Assembly (NCBI GenBank): GCA_013265495.1
Contig: MU058418.1
Span: 2,813,491 to 2,877,490 of the forward strand
Direction of reading: 5' to 3'
Origin: Vicugna vicugna
Taxonomy: Eukaryota
Length of the DNA: 64,000 nt
Shown here one piece after another: positions 28,631-42,000 of the stretch (positions within the stretch are counted from its first letter, which is position 1; every line of letters begins with the position of its first letter). The notes beneath the pieces are model-generated. The model worked only from the letters and a program-made list of their open reading frames with translations. It did not search any database and was not told the origin of the DNA. Both the position numbers and the translations under genes were made by a program.

Positions 28631-30304
28631 AGAGAGACCTCTGAGCCCAGTGACTCAGAGACTTTTCACTGGAGGACCCGACTCCACGCTGCTCAGAGCC
28701 GGTCCAGGTGGACACTGAGGCCCTGGAAGAACGGAGGGTGACTTCTTCCCACTCAAGCTGATCATGAACCCCTCGACGAAACGAGGCCCACTGCTCTGGC
28801 TGAGATGCATCCTTCCCAGACTTCTCCTTGGAGTGGTAATTACCCCCTTTTCCATTTTCTCTACTTTGAGTGAGCTGTGTTGTGGACTAATTATGTACAA
28901 GAAACCGAGAATTGAACTTTAGCTACATGTCATGTATCTCTAATCCTGGGATTCTCACTTGGCCTCACTCCTGGGCCCTGCGACAAACACTTTAATTAAC
29001 AGAAGTCCAATTTGAGATCATTTCTCTAAGAGGCAACTATTTACCTAAAAGGAGTAAGGTGAACAATAAACACTGGCTCCTCCCTCTGCATCAAAGCTTT
29101 GGGAATGTCCCACTTTGCTGTTTGTGAAGTGAAAATGGGCCAGGCCTCCCCTCCCTGAAACACTGAGGCCTTGGAGAGAGGCAGTGACCCAGAGGGCATG
29201 AGTCTCCCTGGCTTGCACTCTCCTGCTCCCCACCTCTGACACGCTTCTCTCTGTGCAGGTCAGAGACATTAAAGAAGTCAACCCTCAGACACCTGAGGAG
29301 CTGATTGTGAACAGGTGATTTCCTCCCACGGGTCAACCTCAGTCATCCTTTTAAGAACTTCCTCCTGGATGCCAGGCCCTGTGCCCTTCCTGGGTCTGGT
29401 TGTAGTGGGCAAAGCAGAAAAACAGTGTTGGATTGGCTCAGCTCGGAGGTCTCCCATCCTTGGTCTCAGAAGACCAACTAAAGACCCATTGCTGATCTCG
29501 ATAAATATTTCCATTGTGGGACCTGGAGGCGCCATAGTACCTAAGAGGTGTCAGAAATATCCTGGAGGGTGGGGGCTATTGCTGAAAGTCTTCCCCTGAG
29601 GATCCTAATAAACTCAAATGGAGTGACTGCGGTGATCTTGGGCAGGCTTCTCATGCCTCAGGCGGGTTATATCACTGCCTTGTCCAGGCCTGCAGAGTCA
29701 GAGGAGCCCAGCCCACAGAGCAAAAGCCACATTGGAAGAAGTCCAAGCTGGGGCCCAAGAGCCTGGCACTGCCAGAAAAAGCCCCCTCTTGGAGGCCCCA
29801 AGGCAAACCCCAGATCCTTCTGCCCACGAACCCATTGGCAGCTCCCTGGGGACTGGAAACGGAATAGGGCATAAGGTCCCAGAGCCAGCAGGACGTGAGG
29901 TTTGTGGATAGTCTGGCTGCAAACCAGACCATGGAGGCGGCACTGGACGGCTGCTCTGAACCACAGAGGCACTCTGTGCCTTATGCCTGGTGGTTTCCCA
30001 AGGCCCATCTGATGCCCTAACCGTGACCTAGTTTTCTACCTAAGCTGAAATGAGAAAAACAAGGATAATACAGTGAGTTTTTCATTAAGCAGATTTGCTC
30101 AATTTTAAAGAACTGCCATTTGTTTTGGGACTATGTCCTTTCTACATTTTTGGTAGAAGAAAAGTACTTAATTTGAAGAAACAGATGGGATAATATATCA
30201 AAGGATAACATTTTTGGTTTTGCTTTTTAATAGTCCTGTTTATCAAAAGAAAATATAACAGTACCATATTATTCCCCCATCTTGTTTGTACATTTGTGTT
30301 TGTT

Positions 30305-30852
30305 TGTGTGCATAGTAGATTAAAGATGGTCCCCAATTCTTCAGCACTTCTCCCACTGAGAGGCGCAGCTAATCTGCTTCCCCTCGAATCTCGGAGGGCC
30401 TTAGTGTCTTACTTGGCTAAAAATGTAAATAAAGTAATAAACTTACTTTATTAAAAATATGGTTGACATGACATTCTAGAACTTCTGAAATGAGATCATG
30501 GGAAGCCTGTAACTTCCTCCCAGGCCTCTTGGAACCCAACTGCCATGCTGTTAGGAAGCCCAAGCAGCCAGAAGAAGAGACCCACAGAGAAAGGAAGCAA
30601 GGCCCGGGCCATTGGCATTGGACAGGCTCCCAGCTGAGAGCCAGCACCAACCTGATCATCACTCGGTGAGCCCTTCTAGAAGTGGGTCCTGTAGCCCTAG
30701 CTGAGCTGCCATAGCTGATACCACATGGAACAAAGGTGAGTCCCATCAAGCCCTGCACAAATTACTGATTCCTGAGGAAAATAAATGATTTTTGTTGTTT
30801 TAATTCACTAAGTTTGAGGATGGTTTGTGACACGGAAATAGATAGCCAGAAT
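30305..30852 (+). mobile_element. MaLR (MLT1E/F-like) LTR
   Basis: Motifs ctgccatgctgttaggaagcccaagc and cactaagtttgaggatggtttgtgacac...atagatagccaga. Confidence 0.75.
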
Positions 30853-30921
30853 AGCTTGTTTGTTTAAATGGTTTGTGAAATTCAAAAGTCAGAGAACACC
30901 TTTATTGTTTATTTAACGTCG

Positions 30922-31405
30922 GTATTAGGCAAAATAATGCCCCCTCGAAGTATCCAAGTCCTAATCTCCAGAATCCGTGAATATACATGGCAAAAGGGAA
31001 TTAAGATTACAGATGGAATTGAGATTGCCAATCAGCTGACTTTAATATAGAGAGATTTTCTTGGATTATCTGGATGGACCCAGTATAATCACAAGGGCCC
31101 TTAAATGTGGAAGAGGGAGGCAGAAGAGGAGGTCAGAGTGATGCAGTGTGAGACGAAGCTGACCTGCTTTGAAGACAGAGCAAGGAGGCCACCAGTCAGG
31201 GAATGTGCATGGCTCTGAGAAGCTGGAAGAGGTGAGAAAACAGTTTCTCCCATAAAACATCCAGAAAGGAATGCAACCCTGCCAACACAGTTATTTTAGC
31301 CCAGTGAGACCTGTGTCAGACTTCTACCTCCAGACTACAAGAAAATAAATTTGTATTGTTTAAGCCACTAAATCTGTGGTCCTTTGTTACATAGAAAACA
31401 AGTAC
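30922..31405 (+). mobile_element. MaLR (MLT1D-like) LTR
   Basis: aataatgccccc...gtcctaatctccagaatccgtgaatat...ttaagccactaaatctgtggt...aacaagtaca. Confidence 0.85.
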
Positions 31406-31484
31406 AGCTCCTAGCCTGCCCTACTGCCTACTATTGACCTTTTAGACTCATAATCCACGGTTAAAACTGTCTAAAAGCTTGTAT

Positions 31485-31991
31485 TGAGGTGGGAAGCCCC
31501 AGGAAAAGACTGGCAGAACACCCAAGCAGGGACACTGCTTTCCCACCAGTGCCATCCAGTTCTCTGGCCTGGCAGCATTATCTCGCTTTTGTGCTTCTGT
31601 AAAACGGCTTGCTTCTATTGGTTCCTGAAGCTCACTCCTGATCGGTCCATTTGTAATATCTGCTCTGCATATGGTGTGAACCTAGCTCACTTCTGATTGG
31701 TCCATTTCTATCACTCCTGATTGGTCCATTTCTAACACCTCATTTGCATAAAGCTCACTCCTGATTGGTCCTTTTCTAACACCTACTCTGTACATGATGT
31801 TGTAAAGTCTTGACTGGCAGCCTATAAAAGCCTGTGTAAGCCTACAGACAGGGTCCAGAGCTTGGAGTGTTAACTCCTCTGGGCCTGCTGGCGTAATAAA
31901 CCTAAGCTCTCCAACCCTCTGAGTGCCGCTTGGCCTCTTGCCAGGATCCAGGTTGCTGTAACACTGAGCTATAACACACTTTGCTGTAACA
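31485..31991 (+). mobile_element. Solo LTR, ERV1 class, with a CCAAT-box repeat array
   Basis: TG...CA termini, perfect TSD gtat (31481-31484, 31992-31995), TATAAAA at 31823-31829, AATAAA at 31895-31900. Confidence 0.88.
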
Positions 31992-34397
31992 GTATAGTAC
32001 CGATTTTAAAGATGAGTCCATATAAACCTATAGATTCTAGGGCCAAATAGCTCATTTGTAACATACCCAGGACTAGAACTTGGATCCTCTAAAATTTAAA
32101 CTTGTGAGGAGATGAAATTGGAGGATTGTATCTGTTTTGTTCACCATTGTACCTCCAGCGCCTAGAACAGTGCCTGGAACATGGTAGATATTTACTTAAT
32201 GAAGGAATAAAAGCTGATACCTAAATGTTCTGCTTTAACCACTTGCTCCAGTAAGGTTACCAAAGGACAAAAACAACAGCTTTTTAAAAGACAAAAACAT
32301 CTCCATTGTATCCTATATTTTACATTCAACGATGTGGCTTTGAACAGTGTTCTATTTTAAAATCTAATCATTTGTTTCATTTTAATGATAAGTTATTATA
32401 TTTTTATACAGCTATATAGTACAGATTCAATGATATAAATAAAAATTCAAAAAGTATGAAAGAATAAAGTGAAAAATAATTTTATTTTCATCCCAGACAC
32501 CCAAAGGTAACCACAGTTACCACTTTCTGTGTGTTCTTCCAAAGATATCAAGACGTATCTTTGAGAGTTGAGACTCTGAACAGTTTTAAATACATCTAAT
32601 GTAGTCTTTGGATTTTGACGTTCTCCTCAGCACCTCTGTTGTGATGTGTCACTTGGGCTTAATGGCCCTGAAAGAGTCAGAAATATTCCCTGGGGATGGA
32701 CAGGACCCATCCAATGAGGCTCAGCCTACCTGCTGCAGAGGTCAGGGTCTCCTCAGGGCTCCTGCAGACCTCTGGGAGTGGGGCTTATGGTGGCTGTTTA
32801 ACTCCAGGGCTTGTTGACTGGGACCCAGCTGGATGTGGGGCTTTGTCCCATGTCCTGCAGCTGGTGAAGAGCCAAGATTACAGTGGTGTTTTCCTGACAC
32901 ATTGTGTGGTGGTTGGTGTTTATACAACATCCTGCTTTAATCACTGGGCACTGATTTAGTTCAAGAAGCTAATTGGCTCCTTTTCATGAACCAAAGTCCA
33001 AGGGGTGGCCAGGGGTCATCTCAAGATGCCAGGTGAGAAGGAGGGAACAAGGAACTGAAGTGCCCTTCATCCTTCCTCACATATCTCACCCCTCCCTGAG
33101 AAAGACTCCTTGTCTTCCTCCCTTAGGACTACACACCTCCTCTCTGCAGCACTGTGTCCCATTATTCACATTTCTAATACATTTACATAGTTTATATGAC
33201 ATATAAAATATATGCACAATAATTACAAATAATTACAGTGTCATTATTTGATTAGAATCTAGACAACTGGAAGCCTCCTGACAGCAAGGATAGTGCTTCT
33301 TTGTACTCACAGTGTCTCCATCACCTAAGGAAGCACGTGACAGGTGGGTGCTGGATACAAATGTGTTGAATGACTGAATAAATGAGCAGAAGCCAACTCT
33401 TGTGCTCTATGTGTATTTCCTTTTTCAGTTCTTACAACAACCTTAGGTAAACAGATTGTGTTATTACCCTCTCTAACACATAGGAAAACCAAGACAGAAA
33501 GCACGTAAGTAATTTGCCCATGATTATATTGCAAATGGCAGTCTGGCGCCAGAATCTACATGCTTGACTACCACATCGCATGGCCTTTCAATAAAATTTA
33601 AGGCAGGCACCTGAAGACTGAGGCTCAGATGCCAAGTAAAGCAACAACAGCCTGCAGAGCCCAGCAAACAGAAGCATGTGCAAGACCAGGGATGTGGGAA
33701 GCAGAGGAAAGAATCAGACAAGCTGTAGGTTCCTCAACAGGGATCCTGGAGCTGTGAGTCCCAGGTGGGAATAGAAAGACTTGACTTTCAAGCCTAAGAA
33801 GGGGTTCCTGCTAAGATTCCTCCTGTGTGTCCTGGCCATGGCCAAACCCAAGCAGAGCAGATCCTGAGGTGAGGTCAGGTGAGATCAGGTGGCATCTCAG
33901 GTTTGCAGGGAGAAGACGGAAGAGTCAGGCAGCCCCAAAGGAGAAAGGGCTTCACAGACACCATCAGCCTCAGGGGAAACTGATGACACACAGGCACCCT
34001 GGTGACCCCAGGCCCCACCCTGCATGGGCTTCTACAGCCTCCTTGAAGGCCAGTCCTCATCTGCCTGTCTCCAGCAGCAACCTTCATGGAACTATTCCTC
34101 CCAACAAATTGGGCCTGGCACCTTCGTTAGGTGTGCTGTGCGTGTGGTGCTTCTAGCACTTTGTTGTCTGCCCTAAATGAAAGCTGCAGTTTGGTAGTTG
34201 TTTGTATGAAGTAAGCCATGTTGCATCATAGAACTCTTGGATATTTGTTGTTTAACCCACAGCCCCCAAGAACCCAAAGTTCTATATTCTGACAAGAATA
34301 TAGAGGTAGTTTTTAAGTCTGGTAGAGAATATGGCTTCCAAGTATGGGCAGAACCCCGTAGGAAGCTTCCTGTCTTCCCTCAGGGACCTACTCAGGG

Positions 34398-34461
34398 ACC
34401 TAGAACTCTTGGCAGTTGGCTCTTTGAAACCTAGAACTCTTGGCAGTTGGCTCTTTGAAAC
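34398..34461. repeat. Perfect 31 bp tandem duplication
   Basis: acctagaactcttggcagttggctctttgaa occurs twice (34398, 34429). Confidence 0.95.
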
Positions 34462-35803
34462 AGCTCTGTATCAGTCATTTGCATTTTAGTTTGAATACCA
34501 GCGCTGATTATCCTCTCCCACAGTTAATAGCATTTGAGACCTTCTGTCTCTGGTGTGAGTAAATGCTTTTTGTTAAAGGAATTTGGGGCATTGTCAAATA
34601 GGTGGGGGTTGTTTGGGGCCCAGGTAGAGAGGGAGCCCACACGTCTCAGGCCCAGGCATGTCCAAGCCTGGAATCCTCTTCCTCTGCAGCACCAGCACCA
34701 GCTCAGTGAATCTGCCTCAACTGCCTCAAGATTTAGTCTCTAGACATGTCCACTCTGGTCCAGCCTGAGGGAGAAGAAGCTATGTCACCAGAGCTGTGAG
34801 CCAGAGCTTCAGGGAGAGTGGTAGATTGGTAAGGAGAGATACTGCTATATTTATTAACCACATTTTCCTCCTGCAAACTACAAAACAAAATATAAAATGA
34901 AATACGAAATTAAATTAAATTTAAAATCTCTGCCAGTGCTTTCAGAGGTAGGCCGGTTCTGATGTTCCATCAAGAGAGAGAATCCTCAAATGCACAATAA
35001 CCTCATTGAGCATTTGGTGCTAGAGCAACTGTTTACTTATATATTTTACTTATATATTTACTTATAAATAATGTTCAAGGTTCCAGCCAAGAACAGGGAA
35101 TGACTTAATCCTTAGGAATTTCTCTTTTCTGCACGTGTTATGCCATTTTTTTTTAAAAAATTGACACTTCGATGATTTTATCATCACATTTCCTTTGAAG
35201 GGGAGCTAAGTGCCACGGAAATTACAGAAACTGATTCATGTTAACATGCAAAAGGCCCCATCATGCAGAGATGATGGGCTGAGGGGGAGCTGAGAGGCCC
35301 CTGGTTTTCACTAAGAACTCTGACCCCTGCTTATTTGTGGAAAAGAGGAGGGAGCTCAATTATGCAAACATTTACTGTTTACTATTTTTTGTTTCGTCCT
35401 TTCCTTCCATCTTTTACTATGCAGATAGTGACAAATGTTTTTTCTTTGTGACCCTTTTACCCAAATCAGTGTTTCTTCCACTCCCTATCTACTCCAGGAA
35501 ATACTGGAGGAAAATTCTTTGTATTTCTTTTAAACAATAATATTTAAATTCTTGTTGAAGAACTAAGCCATGTTCATTATTGAAAATTTAGAGGGAAAAG
35601 AACGATTCATCATTCCAGTATCCAGAGACAATCATTATTCATTATTTGGATTACCAAGATAAGGCCTAATAGGTTGTGATGTTTTATCTTTTTATTTATA
35701 CAATTGGATTTGATTTCTAATATTTTGTTACAGATTTTTACATGTGTGTTCATGAGGAATTTGAGTCTGTAGTTTTATTTTTTGTAATATCTTTTTCTGG
35801 TTT

Positions 35804-36300
35804 TGTTACTGACCCTCCTGAGTCGGTTCCCAACAACGGTGCTTCTGTCCAGTGTTCTTTGCGCCAGTAGAGCAAGACCAAGTTCTGTTCAGAAGCGAAG
35901 GAAAGCTTTATTCTTTGATCAAAGAATGGAGAGGTGAGAGCGCGCGCACTCCAGTACCGGCAGTGGGCAGGGCTACTTTATAGGCATCTCATCAGTGGGT
36001 AGGCAGAGGGGCGGGAGCGGAGTTCTCGTCAGGCAGACGCAGCTGTGCCGGGCATCCGGGCATCCGGGCATCCGGCAGCGTCTCTGCGCAGGCCCACTGA
36101 GCTGAGGCGGGAGGAGCAGCCATTTTGCTCTAGGACCTCGGTCTGAAGGGTTGGGTTCCGAGCCTCTGCACGCAGCACCCCATAAGCGAGTGAAACCAGA
36201 CGAAGCACAAAGGAAAAGGAAAAAAAAGGTTAGAATTTACTTTATTACCCAGATTTTATTTTTATTTCCCAGGAATTGTTAATGGGCTTTGTCCAGGACA
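35804..36300 (-). mobile_element. CpG-rich solo LTR (ERV1-like) inserted into an old L1
   Basis: TGT...ACA termini and TSD gttt (35800-35803, 36301-36304); removing it restores the L1 sequence ctggttttggtatcagg. Minus-strand TATAAA at about 35977-35982 and AATAAA at 35907-35912. Confidence 0.88.
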
Positions 36301-36439
36301 GTTTTGGTATCAGGCTAATGCTGCTCTAATAAATTGAGCTGAGATATGTTTCCTCCTCTTCTGTGTTCTGAAAAAGATTGTGTAGAATTGGTATCACTTC
36401 TTCCTTGAATGTTAGTAGAATTCACCAGTGAAATTGTTT

Positions 36440-37295
36440 GTTTGTTTGTTTATGCAACTTAAAACAAAACTCCTGTATTAACTCACAGTTCTGTAGGGCA
36501 GATATCTGGGCATGGCGTGCACAGGTTCTTAGAAGTTTGAAATCCAGGTGTCCTCACCTGGATTCTGAGGTTCTCATCTGAGCTCCCTTGACTGAGTTAG
36601 AATTCAGTTCCTTGCAGCTAGAGGACTGTGGTTCCTGTTTCCTTGATGGATGTCAGCTGGAGGCCATTTTCCATCCTCCTTGTTAATGACCCTCTCAAAC
36701 TTCGAAACATGCTGTGGAGAATCTTCCTGTAGTAGTCGGTAGGGCTGCCACAGTGAAAACACCACAGATGGGGCTACTTAAACAGCAGAATTTATGTTCT
36801 CACAGTTCTGGAGTCTTCAAGTCCAAGATCAAGGTGTTTTCTGGGTTGGTTTCTGGTGAGGCCCTCTCTTCCTTGCTTATAGATGTCTGCCTTTTTGCTG
36901 TGGCCTCACAAAGCCTTTTCTCAGTGTGTGTGCAGAGAGGGGAGCGGTCTCTGGGGTCTCTTCCTCTTATATAGACACTAGTTTTACCACATTAGGGCAC
37001 CACACTTTGACCTCATTTAACCTTTATTACCTTCTTATAGGCCCTGTTGCCAAATACAGTCACATTGAGGTTAGGGTTTTCAGCATATGAATTTTGGAGA
37101 GACACAATTCAGTCTGCAATACTTCTCTTTCTCATGTCAAATACCTCTCATGCTTCGAAACTCTCACCAGTGAAAAGGCATCTTTTAAGGGCCCTTATAA
37201 TTAGGTCAGATCCACTGGGAATATCTCATCTTAAAGTCAACTGATTTGGGGCCTTAATTACACCTGGAAAGCCCCCTCAGAGCAGCATCTAGACG
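36440..37295 (-). mobile_element. MaLR LTR with a nested MLT1A-like LTR (about 36728-37122), both inside L1
   Basis: Two separate ctcacagttctg motifs; the inner element has ccaaatacagtcacattg...gacacaattcagtc; the outer element resumes at about 37123. Confidence 0.7.
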
Positions 37296-40200
37296 AGGTG
37301 GTTTTGGTTTTGGTTTTGACTTTTAATAGAAATATAGTTGAGGTATGATATAAGTTACAGGTGTGCAAAGTAGTGATTCACAATTTTTAAAGGTTATACT
37401 CCATTTATTCTTATCATACCAATGGAATAATTTAGGCCTAGAGTTTACTGAAAGTTTAAAATATAAATTCAGTTCCTCTACTTATTATAGATTTATACAG
37501 AATTTCTATTTATTCTTGAGTTTTGGTAATTTGTGTGTTTTATGATAGTCCCATAAAATCCTTTTAATTTTTATCAGATTGGTACTGACGTCCTGTCTTT
37601 CACTGTTGATTTTGGTAATTTGTGTCTTCTCTTTTTCTTTCTCTTATTCAGTCTAGCTGAGTTTTTTTTTTTAATTATTTTCAAAATACATACTTCTGGT
37701 TTAATTGAACTGATTTTCTATGTATTTTTTATCTTACTGATTTTTACACTGATTTTTATTATTTCCTTTCTTCTACTTTAGTTTTCATTTGTCCTTTTTC
37801 TAATTTTTTTAATATGAACATGGATGTAAATGACTTGCAGTATTTCTTATTTTTTAATATAGTTAGTATTAAGAATTATCCCCAACCATTGCTTTAGCTG
37901 CATCTCATAGATTTTGATATATTGTGTATTTTGTTTATTTTTAAATTCGTAATGTTTTTAAATTTCCTTTTTGATTTCTTCTTTTGTCCATGAGTTATTT
38001 AGAAGCACATTGTGTAATTTCCAAATAATTGGAAATTTCCCGAGTTTCTTTCTGTTGATGACCTCTAACTCCATTTTGGTTGAACAACTTTGGAATAATT
38101 TCAGTCATTTAAAATTTATTTAGATTTGTTTAATGGCCTAGCATATGCTCTATCCTAGAGAATGTTTCATGTGCACTTTAAAAGAATGTATATTCTGCTC
38201 AATTTAAGTCTTCTCTATCCTTATTCATTTTCTGTCTAGTTATTCTGTCAATTATCAGAAGTTGGATATTGGAATCTCTAACTGTTGTTGTGGAATTGTC
38301 AGTTTCTCCTTTCAGTTCTGTCAATTTTTGCTTCATATATTTGGGGGCTCTGTTGTTAGGTGTGTATATACTTAAAATTATTATATCTTCTTGAGTTATT
38401 GACATTTTATCATTATGAAATACTTCTCTTTGATTCCAGTGTATTTTTTATTTTAATATCAGTGTGTCTGCTATAATATAACCACTTCAGCTCTCTCATG
38501 GTTACTGCTTACATAGTAAATATTTCCATTCTTTTACTGTCCATCTATTTTTATCTTTGAATCTAAAGTTTATCCATTATCGACAGTATACTACTGGATT
38601 GTACTTTATATCCAGTGTGACAATTTCTGCCTTTTCATTGGATGATTAATAATGCAATTTATTATAATTATTAATAGAATTGGATTATGTCTGTTGTTTT
38701 GCTATTTAACTTCTATATACTACAGATTTTTTGTTCTGTTGCCCTTTTACTGTCTTCTTTTGTGTTAAACAGATATTTTAAGTGTAACATTTTTATTGCT
38801 CATTTTTAAACTATTTTAAAAATGGATTTTATTAGTGGTTGTTCTAGGGATTAAAATATACCTCTTATCTTGCCACAATCTAGTTCAGGTTAATACTGAC
38901 TTAATTCCAGTAAAATACAGAACTTTGCTCCAATATAACTCCATTCCACCCCTTCCTTTATGCTACTATTGTTTATATATTACACATGTATGTGTAGTAA
39001 GCTTTAAAATAGTGTTATAGCTTTACAAAATATTATGATTTTTTAAAGAAGTTAAGAGAAAAAATATAAGTACTTTATATTTACTGACTAATTTCTTGTG
39101 TTCTTCATTTCTTCTTTAGATTCAAGTTACCATCTGGTGTTAACTTCCTTTCAGTCTGAAGAACTTCCTTCAATTTTTCTTGTAAAGCTGGTCAGCTAGC
39201 AACAAATTCTCTGTCTTTATCTGGATATATCTTTATTTCATTTTAATTATTAAAGGATAGTTTTACTACATATAGAATTCTTGGTTGACATAGTTTTTTT
39301 TTTCTTTTAGCAATTTGAATGTATCACTTTACTGTCTTTTGATCTTCATGGTTTCGGACAAGAAGTTGACCATTAATCATATTATTCCCTTGTACATGGT
39401 GAATCATTTTCTGTAACTGGTTTCAAGATTTTTCTCTTGTCTTTGGCTTCCAGTAGTTTGACTGTGATGTGCCTAGCTATGGATCTCTTTTTATTTATTC
39501 TGCTTGGGATTTGTTGAGCTTCTGTGGTTTGTAGATTAATGTTTTCATCAAATTTGAGACATTTTCAGCCATATGTCATTAAATATTTTTCTGTTACTTT
39601 CTCTTAGCCTTTGACTCCAGTTACATGTATATTGATATGCTCATTATTATACCACCAGTCTCTGAGGCTCAGTTTATTTCTATTTTTCTTTAATCTTTTT
39701 CCTCTCTGTTCTTCAGATTGAATAATTTCTAATTCTCTGTGTTCAAGTTCACTGATTCTTTCTTCTATGACCTCCTCTCAAAGATGATTAAATTTTGGCT
39801 ATATATATTTCGACTCAGTTTCCATTAGATTCTTTTTTATAATGTCTGTTTCTTTGTTAAGATTCTCTATTTGTTGAATCATTGTCATTACACTGTCCTT
39901 TAATTCTTAAGCATGGTTTCCTTTAGTTCTTTGACTATAATAGCTGCTTTAAAATCTTTGCCTACTAAATCTAATTTCTGGACCCACTCAGACTCATTCA
40001 TTTTTTTTTTTTCCCTGAGTATAGGTCACACTTTTTTTTTGAAATATGAATCAGATTTCCTGTTTCTTTGCATGTCTCATAATTTTTGTTGAAATCTTGT
40101 CAGTTTAGATAACATACTGTAGCAACTCTGGATACTGATGTATTTGGATTTTGATTGTTTTTATTAACTTGCTTAGACTTAATCAGCAGACTCTGTGTCT

Positions 40201-41804
40201 CTGCAGTATGTAGCCACTAATGTCTCTGCTCAGTTTGTTTTGAATTCTTACATTTAATTTTTAGCCTGGCTGTCCCTGTGTCTGCATAATCTGGTGGTCA
40301 GCCAGTGATTGGGCAGAGAATGTGCTCAAAAACCTTAAGCTTATATGATCCATCCTCTGCTGATAGATCTGTGTGTGGGTTGAGGAATTCATTCAAAGTT
40401 CAGTCAGTTTTCAAGGCTGCCTGACTTTTATTACTTTCTTCTAGGCTCTCCTTGATCTCCCCTGTACGTATGCATAGTTTTCTGGTCAACCAGGGGTGCA
40501 TGGAGAGATTATACATAGCTTTTCTATGGCTCTCTCATTTCTAGGGTTTCCCCCTTATATTTCTGGCTGGTTGGCTGCCCAACTCCAACCAGGACTGCAG
40601 TTTCAAGCTAGCAGAGCTATGAGTTTTCCTTTTCAATTCTTACTGAATTTGCTGCTTTTAGTGACAACACTGCTAGGTATGGGTTTTTACCTTCCATTCA
40701 AAGTCAAATCCACCTCCTTCTGATAGTGAGGCTGCTGCTTTTCACAGCCAGTATTTTCCTGGTAAAATGACCAGGCTAAGTGTGCTGGGAGCACAGGGGA
40801 GAGAGCAGCTCCAGGCATGAAGGCCACAGACCCTCATTAGATTTACATAAAATTTTAGCAGCTTTTCATGACAAAATATTTCTCAATTTGTTATTTCCCT
40901 TTGGTTGATTTCCAAAGCCTTGAGTCTGTTTCATATAACTTTGCCCAGTTTTATATTTTATATGGGGGAGAGGGTGAGAATTTGCGAACCTCTTCATTCT
41001 GTCATAGCTAGAAGTCTCACCCAATAGATACTTTTAAAAGGCAATCACACTGCGCATCCTGTTTTCTACACTGAAAGGTCTATTGTAGACTTTTAGTTTG
41101 ATTTGTGTATTTGATAATCTGACTTCTTTTCATTGATTTTCTAAATTCCCAAATTGAACTTTTGGGATCATTACCTTTGACCTAGAATCCCTTTAAAAGC
41201 TCGAAGAAATCCTAAATAATTATGTAGTCAGGAGACTCCTAACTTGAGCACCTTAAGCCCTAAGGGTAGGAAAAAGTAGTATCAGGGACAGACAGGGAGG
41301 AGCAATTAATACATTATTTTCAGTGTTTAAAAAACTCCACACAGAAGTACAATTACCAGAGATAAGGCTAAGCTAATCACAATGTCCCATTTCTAAGTTT
41401 TGGGCTGGAATTACTTCAGCTCAAAATAAGAATTCTAGTAATCTTATGCTGATCAGAAGTCTTGTTGGTAGTTATAAATAGCACTGGTTAACAAAGGTGG
41501 GAGGGTAAGCCAATTATTACCTAATAAAGCAGTTTATTTTAAACATGGGTGTGGGTCCAAGGGAACAAAGTAACAATTAAAGGGGACACTTGGAGATAAA
41601 ATAGGTGGAAATGTCTGATGTGGCCCAGACCTCCCCGGTACAGACTAGGGAAACATGCCAGTTCCACAGGCAAGTTACTAGCAGGGCCCGAACCTACATC
41701 TATGGGCAATTCAACTTACCCTTTAAGCCTACAAACATATTATAGCACAGAGTACATGGCTGCTGTCAATTAAATCCTATGATTTAAATAATATAAACTA
41801 TAGA

Positions 41805-42000
41805 CCAGTGCTATCTAAAAGTACTTTCTGCAGTGATGGAAATGTTCATATTGTACTGTCCAAAATAGTAGCCACTGGTCATATGTGGCTATTGAGTACT
41901 TGAAATATGGCTAGTGAAATTGAGGAAATGAATTTTTAAATTTGATTTAAATTTAAATTGTAATTAAATTATAGTGGCTAATGTTTTGGAGAATAAAGAT
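41805..42000. mobile_element. MER3-like (hAT-Charlie) DNA transposon
   Basis: actttctgcagtgatggaaatgttc...gtagccactggtcatatgtggctattgagtacttgaaatatggctagtg. Confidence 0.85.

Larger units (their letters stand above)
35610..40980 (-). mobile_element. Old degenerate L1 (5' region and ORF2 start) with nested LTRs
   Basis: T-rich antisense L1 sequence. ORF 38199..38405 (SITQEDIIILSIYTPNNRAPKYMKQKLTELKGETD) matches the L1 ORF2 endonuclease domain. Confidence 0.88.

Noticed and set aside
28650..30010. Cluster of overlapping ORFs in a GC-richer stretch
   Set aside because: No recognisable protein similarity or coherent splice structure; expected from GC content. A tBLASTx or Dfam search would settle it.
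31630..31785. CRISPR-like spaced repeats
   Set aside because: Mammalian DNA; the spacers are irregular and related to each other, and the repeats sit in an LTR U3 region.
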